Shown: piece after piece, positions 26,023-34,681 of the stretch
How the letters are laid out: every line of letters begins with the position of its first letter
Numbering within the stretch: position 1 is the stretch's first letter
NCBI GenBank assembly: GCA_031441465.1
Contig: JANOEP010000072.1
Span: 30,385 to 94,384, forward strand
Length of the DNA stretch: 64,000 nt
Direction: 5' to 3'
From: a bacterium
Lineage (GTDB): Bacteria > Krumholzibacteriota > Krumholzibacteriia > LZORAL124-64-63
Notes under the pieces: generated by a model
Database searches by the model: none
What the model was told of the DNA's origin: nothing
What the model saw: the letters and a program-made list of their open reading frames with translations, nothing else
Position numbers and translations under genes: made by a program

Positions 26023-28191
26023 TCACTCGCGGGGATCGAGCGGCCGTTCGCCGTCGTGTTCCAGGGCCGCGGCCCGCCGCACGGCGTCGCGGAAGTCGCG
26101 GACGCGCCCGTCGCCGCGCAGCTCGTCGGCCAGGTCGTCGGCCAGCGGGATCAGGTCGGCGATGCGGTGCTCCTTCGCCCAGAAGCTGTGCCGCAGGATC
26201 TCGGCGAACTCCGCCACGGCGGCCTGCAGGCGGAACCGCGCCGGCGCGGCGTCGAAGCTGCGGGAGAGGTCCTCCAGGCCGACGCGCTGCTCGATCTCGC
26301 GGACCGTGCCGCGGTCGCGGCCGGCCGGCTCCTCGTAGCGGACGCGCACGGTCGCCAGGCGGGGGGCGCGGCGCCGCGCGAGCGGGTCGGCCCGGTCGTC
26401 GCCGCGGACGAGCTTCAGCTCGTAGAGTGCGGTCACGGTGTGGCCGGCGCCGACTTCGCCCGCGTCCACGTCGTTGTTGCGGAAGTCGCGGTCGGCGACG
26501 TCGCGGTTCTCGTAGCCGAGCAGGCGGTAGCGGTCGACCGTCTCGGGGTCGAACTCCACCTGGATCTTCGCGTCGCGGGCGACGACCTGCAGGGTCGCGG
26601 TCAGGTTCTCGCGGAAGACGCGCTCGGCCTCGTCGGCGCGGTCCACGTAGGCGTAGTTGCCGTCGCCCGAGTCGGCCAGCCTCTCCATCAGCACGTCGTT
26701 GTAGTTGCCCATGCCGAAGCCCACCGCCGACAGGTAGATGCCGCGGTCCGACTCGCGGCGGGCGCGGGCGAGGATGTCGTCGGCCGCGGTCTGCGCCACG
26801 TTGGCGACGCCGTCCGAGCAGAGGACCAGGCGGTTGTTGGCGCCGTCGCGGAAGTGGCGGCGCGCCATGTCGTAGCCCTCGTCGAGGCCGGCCGCGGCGT
26901 TGGTGCTGCCCTCGGGCCGCAGTCGGTCCACGGCGTCGAGGATCAGTTCGCGGCGCGAAGCGTCCACCGGCTCGAGGACCGTGCGCGCGTCGGAGCCGTA
27001 GACCACGATGCCCACGCGGTCGCCCTCGCCCAGCTCGTCCACCAGGACGCGCAGGGTCCGCTTCACCAGGCCGAGGCGGTTCTCCTGCTCCATCGAGCCG
27101 GACACGTCGATCACGAAGACCAGCTGCGAGGGACGCCGCCGTTCCGCGCTCACGGTGCGGCTCTGCACGGTCAGCCGCAGCAGGTGGTAGCCGTCGCGGA
27201 AGGGGGCCGGCGAGCCGTCGGCGTGGATCGCGAAGTCGCCGCGGCGCTCGGGCGCGAAGCCGGCGTCGAAGGCGTTGACGAACTCCTCGACCCGCACCGC
27301 CGCCGCTGGCGGCAATTCGTTGCGGGACAGGTAGTTGCGCGTCACGGTCCACGACGCCTGGTCCACGTCCACGGCGAAGGTCGACAGGGGGTCGTCCTCG
27401 ACGGCGATGAACGGGTTCACTCCCGCGTGTTCGAAGTACATCAGCTCGTAGGGCTCGCCGTTGGGCGGGGTGGTGCCGCCGGTGACCGAGCCGCGGCCGG
27501 GTTCGACGACCGGCGCTCCGGGGACCCGCATGGCGACCTCTCCGCTGCGACCGCCGCGGCCGCTCATCTCGCCTTCGCGCATCCGTACGCCGCCTTGCTT
27601 GGCGCTGGATTCCTCGACCGAATCGATGGCGTAATCGGAGAGTCGGTCGCCTGTGAAGGACTGCTCCGTCGTGGCGTTCTTGTCCTCGACCATGTACTTC
27701 GAACCTTCGACAACGAACGCCTCCGTGGTCATCAGCACGTCGTCCGGCGAACCGCCGCCGGTATCGCCCGAAATGCCGGCGACTTCGTCGCGGCCGGATT
27801 TCCGGGCCTCGCCGGCCGCGGTCCGCGGCGCCGGCGGCGGCGTGCCGTGCTCCGGCGTCGCCCTCGTGCCGAGATCGGCGGGCGCGGTCGCGGCCGAAGG
27901 CACGCCCAGCTCCGTGTAGCGGACGGTCCCGGTCGCGGGCGCCTCCAGGACGCGTTCGTCCACGATGTGCGTGGACCCGCGAATCGCCGGGTTTTCCCGT
28001 GCGACGTCGCCGCCGCGCATGACGAGCAGCGCCAGCGCGGCCAGCGCCAGGGTGCCCGCGACACCGGTCGCCGGCAGCAACAGGGTGCGCCGGCGGGGAC
28101 GCGCCTCGCCCTCGGCGACGATCCGCCGCCAGAGGCTCTCGCGTTCGTGATCGGTGAGCAGGTGCTGGTTCTTATCGAGATGGCTTTTCAT
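26023..28191 (-). CDS. membrane-anchored YfbK-like vWA protein (N-terminal cytoplasmic helix, TM, relic TBDR plug, vWA, DUF3520-like)
   Basis: start ATG overlaps the sigma-factor stop; TM LAALALLVM; STFAVDVDQAS, VRVEEFVNAF, MIDAS DVSGSM, GSTN, LCSDG, YRLLGYENR, DAGEVGAGHTVTALYE. Confidence 0.88.
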   Translation of the reverse strand: MKSHLDKNQHLLTDHERESLWRRIVAEGEARPRRRTLLLPATGVAGTLALAALALLVMRGGDVARENPAIRGSTHIVDERVLEAPATGTVRYTELGVPSAATAPADLGTRATPEHGTPPPAPRTAAGEARKSGRDEVAGISGDTGGGSPDDVLMTTEAFVVEGSKYMVEDKNATTEQSFTGDRLSDYAIDSVEESSAKQGGVRMREGEMSGRGGRSGEVAMRVPGAPVVEPGRGSVTGGTTPPNGEPYELMYFEHAGVNPFIAVEDDPLSTFAVDVDQASWTVTRNYLSRNELPPAAAVRVEEFVNAFDAGFAPERRGDFAIHADGSPAPFRDGYHLLRLTVQSRTVSAERRRPSQLVFVIDVSGSMEQENRLGLVKRTLRVLVDELGEGDRVGIVVYGSDARTVLEPVDASRRELILDAVDRLRPEGSTNAAAGLDEGYDMARRHFRDGANNRLVLCSDGVANVAQTAADDILARARRESDRGIYLSAVGFGMGNYNDVLMERLADSGDGNYAYVDRADEAERVFRENLTATLQVVARDAKIQVEFDPETVDRYRLLGYENRDVADRDFRNNDVDAGEVGAGHTVTALYELKLVRGDDRADPLARRRAPRLATVRVRYEEPAGRDRGTVREIEQRVGLEDLSRSFDAAPARFRLQAAVAEFAEILRHSFWAKEHRIADLIPLADDLADELRGDGRVRDFRDAVRRAAALEHDGERPLDPRE

Positions 28192-28787
28192 GACCGGCCT
28201 CCTCGGATGACATCCAGTCCGCTGTCCGCGTCCTGGAGGAATGTCCGCATGCTGTGGCACGCCCGGTGGTGGTGGACCCGCGCGGTGGCCTCGGCGCAGC
28301 CGAGGCAGTCCGCGACCTCGCGGAACGGGAGTTCCTCGAGTTCCCGCAGCAGCAGGGCGGCCCGCTGCTGGGCGGGCAGCCGCATCAGCGCCGCCCGGAA
28401 GGCGGGATCGGCGACGGTCGGCGCGGGTCCGGGGGGCGCGACGGCGAGGTCGGAGGCGGTCTCGAGCGCGAAGGAGCGCAGGTGCCCGAGCCGCCGGCGC
28501 AAGCCGCGCCGCCAGTCCAGGGTCTTGCGCAGGGCGATGGCGCGCAGCCAGCCGAGCACGGGAGCCTCGCCGCGGTACGACGACATCCTGTGCATCGCCG
28601 TGACGTAGGTCTCCTGGAGCAGGTCCAGCGCGGTGTCGCGATCACCGGTCTGGTAGCACAGGAAGTTGAAGAGGGGCCGGCAGGTCTCCTCGTAGAGAGT
28701 CCGCCAGGTCTGCTCGTGGTCCCGTGCCGTGTCGTGCTCGTTGGTCAAGGCAGGTCGTCCTGAGGGTTCCGCGTTCATGGTCTCCAC
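28188..28787 (-). CDS. ECF RNA polymerase sigma factor
   Basis: region 2 DLLQETYV...WLRAIA...DWRR; region 4 LPAQQRAALLLRELEELPFREVADCLG...TARVHHHRA; start may be ATG 28778. Confidence 0.92.
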   Translation of the reverse strand: METMNAEPSGRPALTNEHDTARDHEQTWRTLYEETCRPLFNFLCYQTGDRDTALDLLQETYVTAMHRMSSYRGEAPVLGWLRAIALRKTLDWRRGLRRRLGHLRSFALETASDLAVAPPGPAPTVADPAFRAALMRLPAQQRAALLLRELEELPFREVADCLGCAEATARVHHHRACHSMRTFLQDADSGLDVIRGGRS

Positions 28788-28804
28788 CTCCGTTCACCCA
28801 CCAG

Positions 28805-28832
28805 GACGTTCCCGGCGGGCGATCCGTTTACA
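28805..28832 (-). promoter_or_regulatory. putative ECF-type autoregulatory promoter
   Basis: minus strand TGTAAAC-N17-CGTC just upstream of the ECF gene; AAC/CGT pattern typical of ECF promoters. Confidence 0.55.
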
Positions 28833-28884
28833 CGGACGGAAGCTTTTCATGAGGAAGCGGGCGGGAGGGCGGCCCGTCAAGCCC

Positions 28885-28923
28885 GGAAAGAGCGGCGGCG
28901 GCCCCTTGCGGAACCGCCGCCGC
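28885..28923 (-). terminator. intrinsic terminator after gdh
   Basis: minus strand GCGGCGGCGGTTCC-GCAA-GGGGCCGCCGCCGC followed by TCTTTCC. Confidence 0.7.
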
Positions 28924-28943
28924 GCCGTCGTCGGGATCGCGGG

Positions 28944-30230
28944 CTAGACGCGGCCGCGCAGGCGGCAGGCCTCGGCCACGCGCTGGATGGCGATCATGTA
29001 CGCCGCGTCGCGCATGGGCACGTTCTGGGTTTCGGCGAGGTCGGCCACGCCGTGGAAAGCCTTGGTCATGATGGCGTCGAGGCGCTCCAGGACCTCGTCC
29101 TTGGGCCAGAAGTAGTTCATGTTGCACTGGACCTGCTCGAAGTACGAGCACGTCACGCCGCCGGCGTTGCACAGGAAGTCGGGGATCGTGAAGACGCCGT
29201 GGGCGAACAGGACCTCGTCCGCCTCGGGCGTGGTCGGGCCGTTGGCGCCTTCGGCCATGAACTTCACGCGCTTGCCGATCTTCTTGACCGTCGCGGCGTT
29301 GACCTGGTTCTCCAGGGCGCAGGGCAGCAGGATGTCGACGTCCTGCTCGATCCAGGCGTCGCCCGGCAGCACCTCGTAGCCGGCGGCCTTGGCCTTGGCC
29401 TTGTCGATGCCGCCGAAGCGGTCCGCCATGCCCTGCAGCTCGTGCAGGTTGATCCCGGACGTCTTCTTGAAGGTATAGCTGGTCTGGTCGCCCTGGTCCC
29501 AGCTCGAGACGCAGATCGCGCGGCCGCCCAGCTTCGTGTACAGCTCGACGCCGTACTGGGAGACGTTGCCGAAGCCCTGGAAGGAGGCCGTGGTCTTGGC
29601 GATGTCGACGCCCTTGCGCTTCAGCGCCTCGCGCAGCGTGTAGACGACGCCGTAGCCGGTCGCCTCGGTGCGGCCCTCGCTGCCGCCCATGCCCAGGGGC
29701 TTGCCGGTGATCATGCCGGGGAAGTGGCCGCGGTGGATCTTCTCGTACTCGTCCATCATCCACAGCATGTGCTGGCCGTTGGTCATCACGTCGGGAGCGG
29801 GCACATCCTGGACCGGGCCGATGTAGCCGGAGACCTGCTGGACCCAGCCCCGGCACAGCCCTTCCTGCTCGCGCTGGGAGAGGTGGTGGGGGTCGCAGAT
29901 CACGCCGCCCTTGCCGCCGCCCAGCGGAATGTTCACCACGGCGCACTTCCAGGTCATCCAGGTGGCCAGCGCGCGCACCGTGTCGACGGTCTCCTGGGGG
30001 TGGAAGCGGATGCCGCCCTTGCAGGGGCCGCGCGCGTCGTTGTGCTGCACGCGGAAACCGCGGAATATCTTCATGCTCCCGTCATCCATGCGCACCGGGA
30101 CGTTGAACTGGAACTCGCGGTCGGGATTGCGCAGCAGATCCCGCGTCGCCTGGTCAAGACCCAGCATCTCGGCCACGCGGTCGAACTGCTGCTGGGCCAT
30201 CGCGAAAGCGTTGAACGACTTGTCGGCCAT
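28944..30230 (-). CDS. gdhA: Glu/Leu/Phe/Val dehydrogenase, most likely glutamate dehydrogenase
   Basis: GFRVQHN, GPCKGGIRFHP, MTWKCA, GGGKGG, DVPAPDV, EATGYG, QGFGNV, EGANGP, NAGGVTCSYFE; ATG 30230 with GAGGA RBS. Confidence 0.92.
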   Translation of the reverse strand: MADKSFNAFAMAQQQFDRVAEMLGLDQATRDLLRNPDREFQFNVPVRMDDGSMKIFRGFRVQHNDARGPCKGGIRFHPQETVDTVRALATWMTWKCAVVNIPLGGGKGGVICDPHHLSQREQEGLCRGWVQQVSGYIGPVQDVPAPDVMTNGQHMLWMMDEYEKIHRGHFPGMITGKPLGMGGSEGRTEATGYGVVYTLREALKRKGVDIAKTTASFQGFGNVSQYGVELYTKLGGRAICVSSWDQGDQTSYTFKKTSGINLHELQGMADRFGGIDKAKAKAAGYEVLPGDAWIEQDVDILLPCALENQVNAATVKKIGKRVKFMAEGANGPTTPEADEVLFAHGVFTIPDFLCNAGGVTCSYFEQVQCNMNYFWPKDEVLERLDAIMTKAFHGVADLAETQNVPMRDAAYMIAIQRVAEACRLRGRV

Positions 30231-30489
30231 GTCCTCGCTCCTCGATGAGAAACGTCCCGTGTCCGCGTCTGGATCGGGGCAGGTCCCGGTTCCGGACCCC
30301 GGGCCGGGATGGCTCGGGTGCGCGGTGCGGCGCCGGATGATCCGTCGCCGCAGCCCAAATCTAGGCTCCCGGGGCAGGTCGTCCAAAGAAAAACAGGTCC
30401 GCGACGCCGTCGCCGTCGTGAACGGTTCACGGACGGCGCCCCGGATCGGGACTTGCCGTCCCGGGAAATCCTGCGTATCCCTGTGATGC

Positions 30490-30501
30490 TTGTTGCAACA
30501 A
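30490..30501. promoter_or_regulatory. perfect 12-bp palindrome, candidate operator
   Basis: TTGTTGCAACAA, AT-rich, 20 nt upstream of the CDGSH start in the divergent gdh/CDGSH spacer. Confidence 0.4.
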
Positions 30502-30521
30502 CCTTTATCGGAGGCACCCGC

Positions 30522-30776
30522 ATGGACAAGCCGAAAATCGCCGACACCCGGCCCAAGGTGCTCGATCTGCAGCCCGGCACCTACTACTACTGCGCCTGCG
30601 GCGAATCGCAGAGCCAGCCCTTCTGCGACGGCGCGCACACGGGCACCGCGTTCGCGCCGCTGAAGTTCGAGATCGCCGAGACCACCCGCGCCGCCCTCTG
30701 CCAGTGCAAGCGCTCCCGCGAGGAACCGCACTGCGACGGCAGCCACAAACTGTACACGCAAGGAGAGACGCGATGA
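30522..30776 (+). CDS. tandem CDGSH [2Fe-2S] protein
   Basis: CACGESQSQPFCDGAH and CQCKRSREEPHCDGSH; GGAGG RBS. Confidence 0.92.
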   Translation: MDKPKIADTRPKVLDLQPGTYYYCACGESQSQPFCDGAHTGTAFAPLKFEIAETTRAALCQCKRSREEPHCDGSHKLYTQGETR

Positions 30777-31363
30777 AGATCCGCAACACGATGTCGGCCT
30801 TCCTGGCCGTGAGCCTGCTGACGGCGGCCGTCGCCGGCGCCGCCACCTACACCATCGACGCCAGCCACTCGTCGGTGGGCTTCAAGGTGCGCCACATGAT
30901 GGTCAGCAAGGTGACCGGGTCGTTCGGCGAGTTCGCCGGCACCGTCGACTACGTCGAGGGCCAGCCCGGGCAATGGACCACCACCGCGACGATCAAGACC
31001 GCGTCGGTCAACACCAACGACGCCAAGCGCGACGGCCACCTCAGCGGCGCCGACTTCTTCGACGCCGAGAAGTACCCCGAGATCACCTTCGCCTCCAAGG
31101 GCGTGCGCAAGGAAGGCGACGGCTGGGTCCTGGCCGGCGACCTGACCATGCACGGCGTGACCAAGCCCGTCGAGCTGGCGCTGGAGTTCAACGGCGCCAT
31201 GACCGACCCCTGGGGCAACAACCGCATCGGTTTTTCCGCTGAGGGTGTCCTGGACCGCCGCGACTTCGGGATCAGCTACAACACCGTGCTGGACAAGGGC
31301 GGCGTGGCGGCCAGCAACGAGGTCGACCTGATGCTGGAGATCGAGGCCATCGCGAACAAGTAG
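30773..31363 (+). CDS. yceI: YceI-family periplasmic polyisoprenoid-binding protein
   Basis: signal peptide; YTIDASHSSVGFKVRH, RDGHLSGADFFDAEKYPEITF, GDLTMHGVTKPV, DPWG. Confidence 0.92.
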   Translation: MKIRNTMSAFLAVSLLTAAVAGAATYTIDASHSSVGFKVRHMMVSKVTGSFGEFAGTVDYVEGQPGQWTTTATIKTASVNTNDAKRDGHLSGADFFDAEKYPEITFASKGVRKEGDGWVLAGDLTMHGVTKPVELALEFNGAMTDPWGNNRIGFSAEGVLDRRDFGISYNTVLDKGGVAASNEVDLMLEIEAIANK

Positions 31364-31391
31364 CGGGTGGACTGACCCAGTCGATACCAAA

Positions 31392-31421
31392 GAAGGGGCG
31401 GCCCACCCGGGCCGCCCCTTC
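31392..31421. terminator. bidirectional terminator between yceI and the M14 peptidase gene
   Basis: GAAGGGGCGGCCC-accc-GGGCCGCCCCTTC with pyrimidine-rich flanks on both strands. Confidence 0.75.
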
Positions 31422-31444
31422 GTTCTGTCCTTCGCGGCGTCGGC

Positions 31445-34063
31445 CTAGCGCACCATCATGATGCGGCCGACCTTCGTCTCGCCGCCGGCGCGGGCCCGCA
31501 CAAAGTACACGCCCGAAGGCGCCGTGCGACCGCTCGTGTCGCGGCCGTCCCAGGTCAGCAGCACCGTGCCGGCCGCGCTGTCGCCGGCGTGGAGGCTGCG
31601 CACGACCTGGCCGCGGGCGTTGTAGACGTCCACGGTCAGGGCGCCGGCCCGCGGCAGGTTTAACTGGATGCCGGCCCGGTCGCCGGTCACCCCGCCGAGC
31701 ACCGACAGCCCGAGGCTGCGCAGCGCGTCCCCGGCGCCGACGATGTACGACTCGTAGAGGAAGCTCCAGGTATCGCCGAGCGGGCCGCGGGCCGTGGGGT
31801 CGGCGGCGTAGGCCCGCCACCAGTAGGTGCCGTCCACGGTGAGGCCCGGGAAGAAGGACGGGGAGGTGAGGCCGTCGGCGCGCGCGGCCAGGTCGGTGCC
31901 CAGGGCGTCGCGATAGACGCGGAAGCCGTAGGTGACCGGGCCGGGGCCGTCGGGATCGGTCGACGTTGCGGCGACGAGCTCGGTGACCGGTCCCAGGGGG
32001 CCGCCGTCGTACGGCGACACGAGCGCCGGCGCGGGCGGCGTCTGGTTCTGCGAGCCCAGGCCGGTCACGATCAGGTCGTCGAGGTACCAGCCGTCGAGGG
32101 TGACCGAGGAGTCCGTCTCGAACCGGAAGCGCAGGTAGACGGACTGGCCGGCGTAGGCGCTCAGGTCGACTTCGGCCTGGGTCCAGGCCGTGATCGTGCC
32201 GTTGTACGTCGCCACCGTGGTCCAGGTGGAGTTGTTGGTCGAGACCTGCACGTAAGCGTAGTCGTAGCCCGACTCGAGCGCGTACTTGTGCCAGAACGAC
32301 AGCTTGGCGCCGGCCGGCATGGCGATGGGCGTGTTCAGCGAGGCGTAGGTCGCGCTGTTGTCGACGTAGTCGCCGGCGGGCGAGTCGTGCAGCGAGTGCG
32401 TGGCCGAGTGGCTGGAGTTGGTGACCAGGGCCCAGGTGCCCGTCGTCGTCCAGCCGGCGAAGCCGCTCTCGAAGGTGTTGCTGTAGACCGAGACGGGCAG
32501 GCCCGCCGGGTAGTTCAGGGTGAACGAACTGGTCTGGCCGTCGGCGACCACGGTCACGTGCACGGGCACGCTGTGGGCCGGCGGGACTCCGGCGTCCAGG
32601 GTCACGGAGAAGGGCGTCGCCGTCAGCGACAGCGAGGAGCGGGCGCCGATCGCGCCCACGGTGCGCTGGGCCTCGTGCAGCTGGAGGTAGGGGTCGTCGC
32701 TGGACAGCGTCACCGAGACCGAGGAGGCGCCCACGGTCACGCCCAGGTTCTCGAGCGTGAAGGCGAGGCCGGCCGTCTCGCCGGGATCCAGGATGGCGTC
32801 GCCGTCGCCGCCGACGACCGCCGGGGTCCTGGCCTGGACGTAGAGTCCGGCCGCCTTGACCTGGTAGAGCGAGGGGAAGAGGTTCTCGGCGAAGAGCGCC
32901 GGGATGCGCGACTCGTCGGGCCAGAACCCGTCACCGCTGCCGCCGATCTCGTTGGAGAAGGCGAGGCACTCGGGGTGCTCGCTGGTGGCGCCGTAGACCC
33001 AGTCGAAGGAGCCGCCGTTGACCGCGTAGAGCAGGTCGGGCGCCTGGCCGGGTTCGTAGGCGTTGTACTGGCACATGATCGCGGCCATGTGCTGGAAGAC
33101 CGCCTCGTCGGGCGAGTTGGTGGACGTGTAGCCCCACGGGTACAGCGTCAGGTTGCTGTAGGTGTGGAAGCTCTGCGAGGTGATGAAGTTGTGCGAGTTG
33201 ACGAGGGCCATGATCGCCTGGACCTCGCGCTCGCTGCCGGCCGAGGGGCCGCGGTAGGTGTCGTCGCTGGGGATCGTGCTGCTGCCGCCGCCGACCCACT
33301 GGTACGGGTAGTTGCGGTTGGGGTCGACGCCGTACGAGCCGTCGCCGTTGGCGCGCCGGTTCTTGCGCCACATGCCGCCGCCGGTCGGGTTGGTCGACTC
33401 GTTGTAGAGGAACCCGTCCGGGTTCACGATCGGCACGATGTAGATCTCGCGGTTGTCGAGCAGCCAGGTGATCTCGGGATCGACGCCGTAATGCGAGCCG
33501 AAGTACTCCACGAGCATCGAGGCGGTTTCCGAGGACATGATCTCGCGGGCGTGGTGCATGGCGTCGAACAGGATCTCGGGCTCGCCCGCCTCGTTGACCT
33601 CGGGATTGTCGGAGACGCGGACGCACCAGATCGCGTTGCCCTGCAGCGTCGTGCCCAGGCTCCACTTGGCGCTGACGACCTCGGGGTACAGGGTGTGCAG
33701 CTGGTCGAGCCAGGTGATGGTCTCGGAGTAGGAATGGAACAGGCCGAAGTTCAGGCCCCGGTTGCGCGAGGCGTACATCGCCTCCATGTCGGGCTCCACC
33801 ACTTCGTAGCGCACGCCGGCCTGGTCGAGCCAGGTCAGGTCCTTGGGCAGGGCCACGATCTCGACGTGGTGGCCGGGTTTGCGGGCCACGATGTCCAGGC
33901 CGGGGTTGGTGCTCAGGGCCGCCTCGACGCCCGTGGCGTCCAGCGCGACGCGCACCAGGGCGTACTTGGGATTCTCGGCCGAGGCGGTGGACGCCAGGCA
34001 CAGGACGAGCAGCAGGGCTGCCGCGATCAGGGCGCGGCTTGGGAGATGCAGGCGAATGGACAT
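31445..34063 (-). CDS. secreted M14 zinc carboxypeptidase (CPT-like) with jelly-roll, FN3-like and FlgD-Ig/T9SS-like CTD
   Basis: HHARE, NPDG, WRKNRR, GVDPNRNY, SFHTYS, FSNEIG; LESGYDY...DGWYLDD; VDVYNARGQVVR...WDGRD...SGVYFVR; ATG 34063 with GGAGG RBS. Confidence 0.9.
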   Translation of the reverse strand: MSIRLHLPSRALIAAALLLVLCLASTASAENPKYALVRVALDATGVEAALSTNPGLDIVARKPGHHVEIVALPKDLTWLDQAGVRYEVVEPDMEAMYASRNRGLNFGLFHSYSETITWLDQLHTLYPEVVSAKWSLGTTLQGNAIWCVRVSDNPEVNEAGEPEILFDAMHHAREIMSSETASMLVEYFGSHYGVDPEITWLLDNREIYIVPIVNPDGFLYNESTNPTGGGMWRKNRRANGDGSYGVDPNRNYPYQWVGGGSSTIPSDDTYRGPSAGSEREVQAIMALVNSHNFITSQSFHTYSNLTLYPWGYTSTNSPDEAVFQHMAAIMCQYNAYEPGQAPDLLYAVNGGSFDWVYGATSEHPECLAFSNEIGGSGDGFWPDESRIPALFAENLFPSLYQVKAAGLYVQARTPAVVGGDGDAILDPGETAGLAFTLENLGVTVGASSVSVTLSSDDPYLQLHEAQRTVGAIGARSSLSLTATPFSVTLDAGVPPAHSVPVHVTVVADGQTSSFTLNYPAGLPVSVYSNTFESGFAGWTTTGTWALVTNSSHSATHSLHDSPAGDYVDNSATYASLNTPIAMPAGAKLSFWHKYALESGYDYAYVQVSTNNSTWTTVATYNGTITAWTQAEVDLSAYAGQSVYLRFRFETDSSVTLDGWYLDDLIVTGLGSQNQTPPAPALVSPYDGGPLGPVTELVAATSTDPDGPGPVTYGFRVYRDALGTDLAARADGLTSPSFFPGLTVDGTYWWRAYAADPTARGPLGDTWSFLYESYIVGAGDALRSLGLSVLGGVTGDRAGIQLNLPRAGALTVDVYNARGQVVRSLHAGDSAAGTVLLTWDGRDTSGRTAPSGVYFVRARAGGETKVGRIMMVR

Positions 34064-34200
34064 CGGGGCCTCCAGCCTCGTGAGGGTCGCGAGAGCCAAG
34101 GATTGAGTGTGGCGGGTACTCGATTCTAGCATGTCCGGCAGATTGATGCCAGAACTCGGTTTTTGTCGTTCAGAGGGGTTGTGGATTCGCGTCCTGATAG

Positions 34201-34235
34201 TAACGGTTGACGTTAATAACGTCTCGCGTTACTAT
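34201..34235 (+). promoter_or_regulatory. higBA-type promoter with two tandem palindromic operators
   Basis: TTGACG(34207-12)-N17-TACTAT(34230-35), overlapped by TAACG-N5-CGTTA at 34201-34215 and 34217-34231. Confidence 0.8.
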
Positions 34236-34244
34236 AGGGGTGGC

Positions 34245-34277
34245 ATGATCAAGTCGCTCAAGGGAAAAATAGGTGAC
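34245..34277 (+). pseudogene. higB: probable remnant of the higB toxin 5' end, fused in frame to higA
   Basis: ATG-ATC-AAG-TCG (MIKS) is the typical HigB/killer-protein N-terminus and lies where higB should start; only 11 codons precede the higA ATG. Confidence 0.5.
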
Positions 34278-34598
34278 ATGAGCGGTCAGAAGCTCCCCCC
34301 AGTTCATCCCGGCGAGATCCTGAACGCGGAGTACCTCGTGCCGCTGGGGATCAGCCAGTACCGACTCGCCAAGGAAATGAGCGTGCCGCCGCGCCGCATC
34401 AACGAGATCGTTCACGGGAAACGTGCGATTAGTGCGGACACCGCCCTGCGGCTGTCGCGGTTCTTCGGCACGACCGAGCAGTTCTGGGTCAATCTGCAAG
34501 TCAGGTACGATATGGAGATCGAGAAGGATCGGCTTGCGGATCGGCTCGAGAAGGAAGTGTCGGTGTACAAGGCGCCTGGAAGCTGGAACGTGATCTGA
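34278..34598 (+). CDS. higA: HigA/VapI-family antitoxin (HTH-XRE), orphan
   Basis: PPVHPGEIL, ISQYRLAK, RINEIVHGKRAISADTALRLSRFFGTT, FWVNLQ. Confidence 0.93.
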   Translation: MSGQKLPPVHPGEILNAEYLVPLGISQYRLAKEMSVPPRRINEIVHGKRAISADTALRLSRFFGTTEQFWVNLQVRYDMEIEKDRLADRLEKEVSVYKAPGSWNVI

Positions 34599-34631
34599 CG
34601 GTGTGCATGCGGATCGACGGCTATGAACGAA

Positions 34632-34661
34632 CAAAGCCCCTGTCCATCGACAGGGGCTTTG
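34632..34661. terminator. bidirectional terminator between higA and mdh
   Basis: CAAAGCCCCTGTC-catc-GACAGGGGCTTTG. Confidence 0.75.
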
Positions 34662-34681
34662 CCGTGGCCTCTGTGTCGGAA

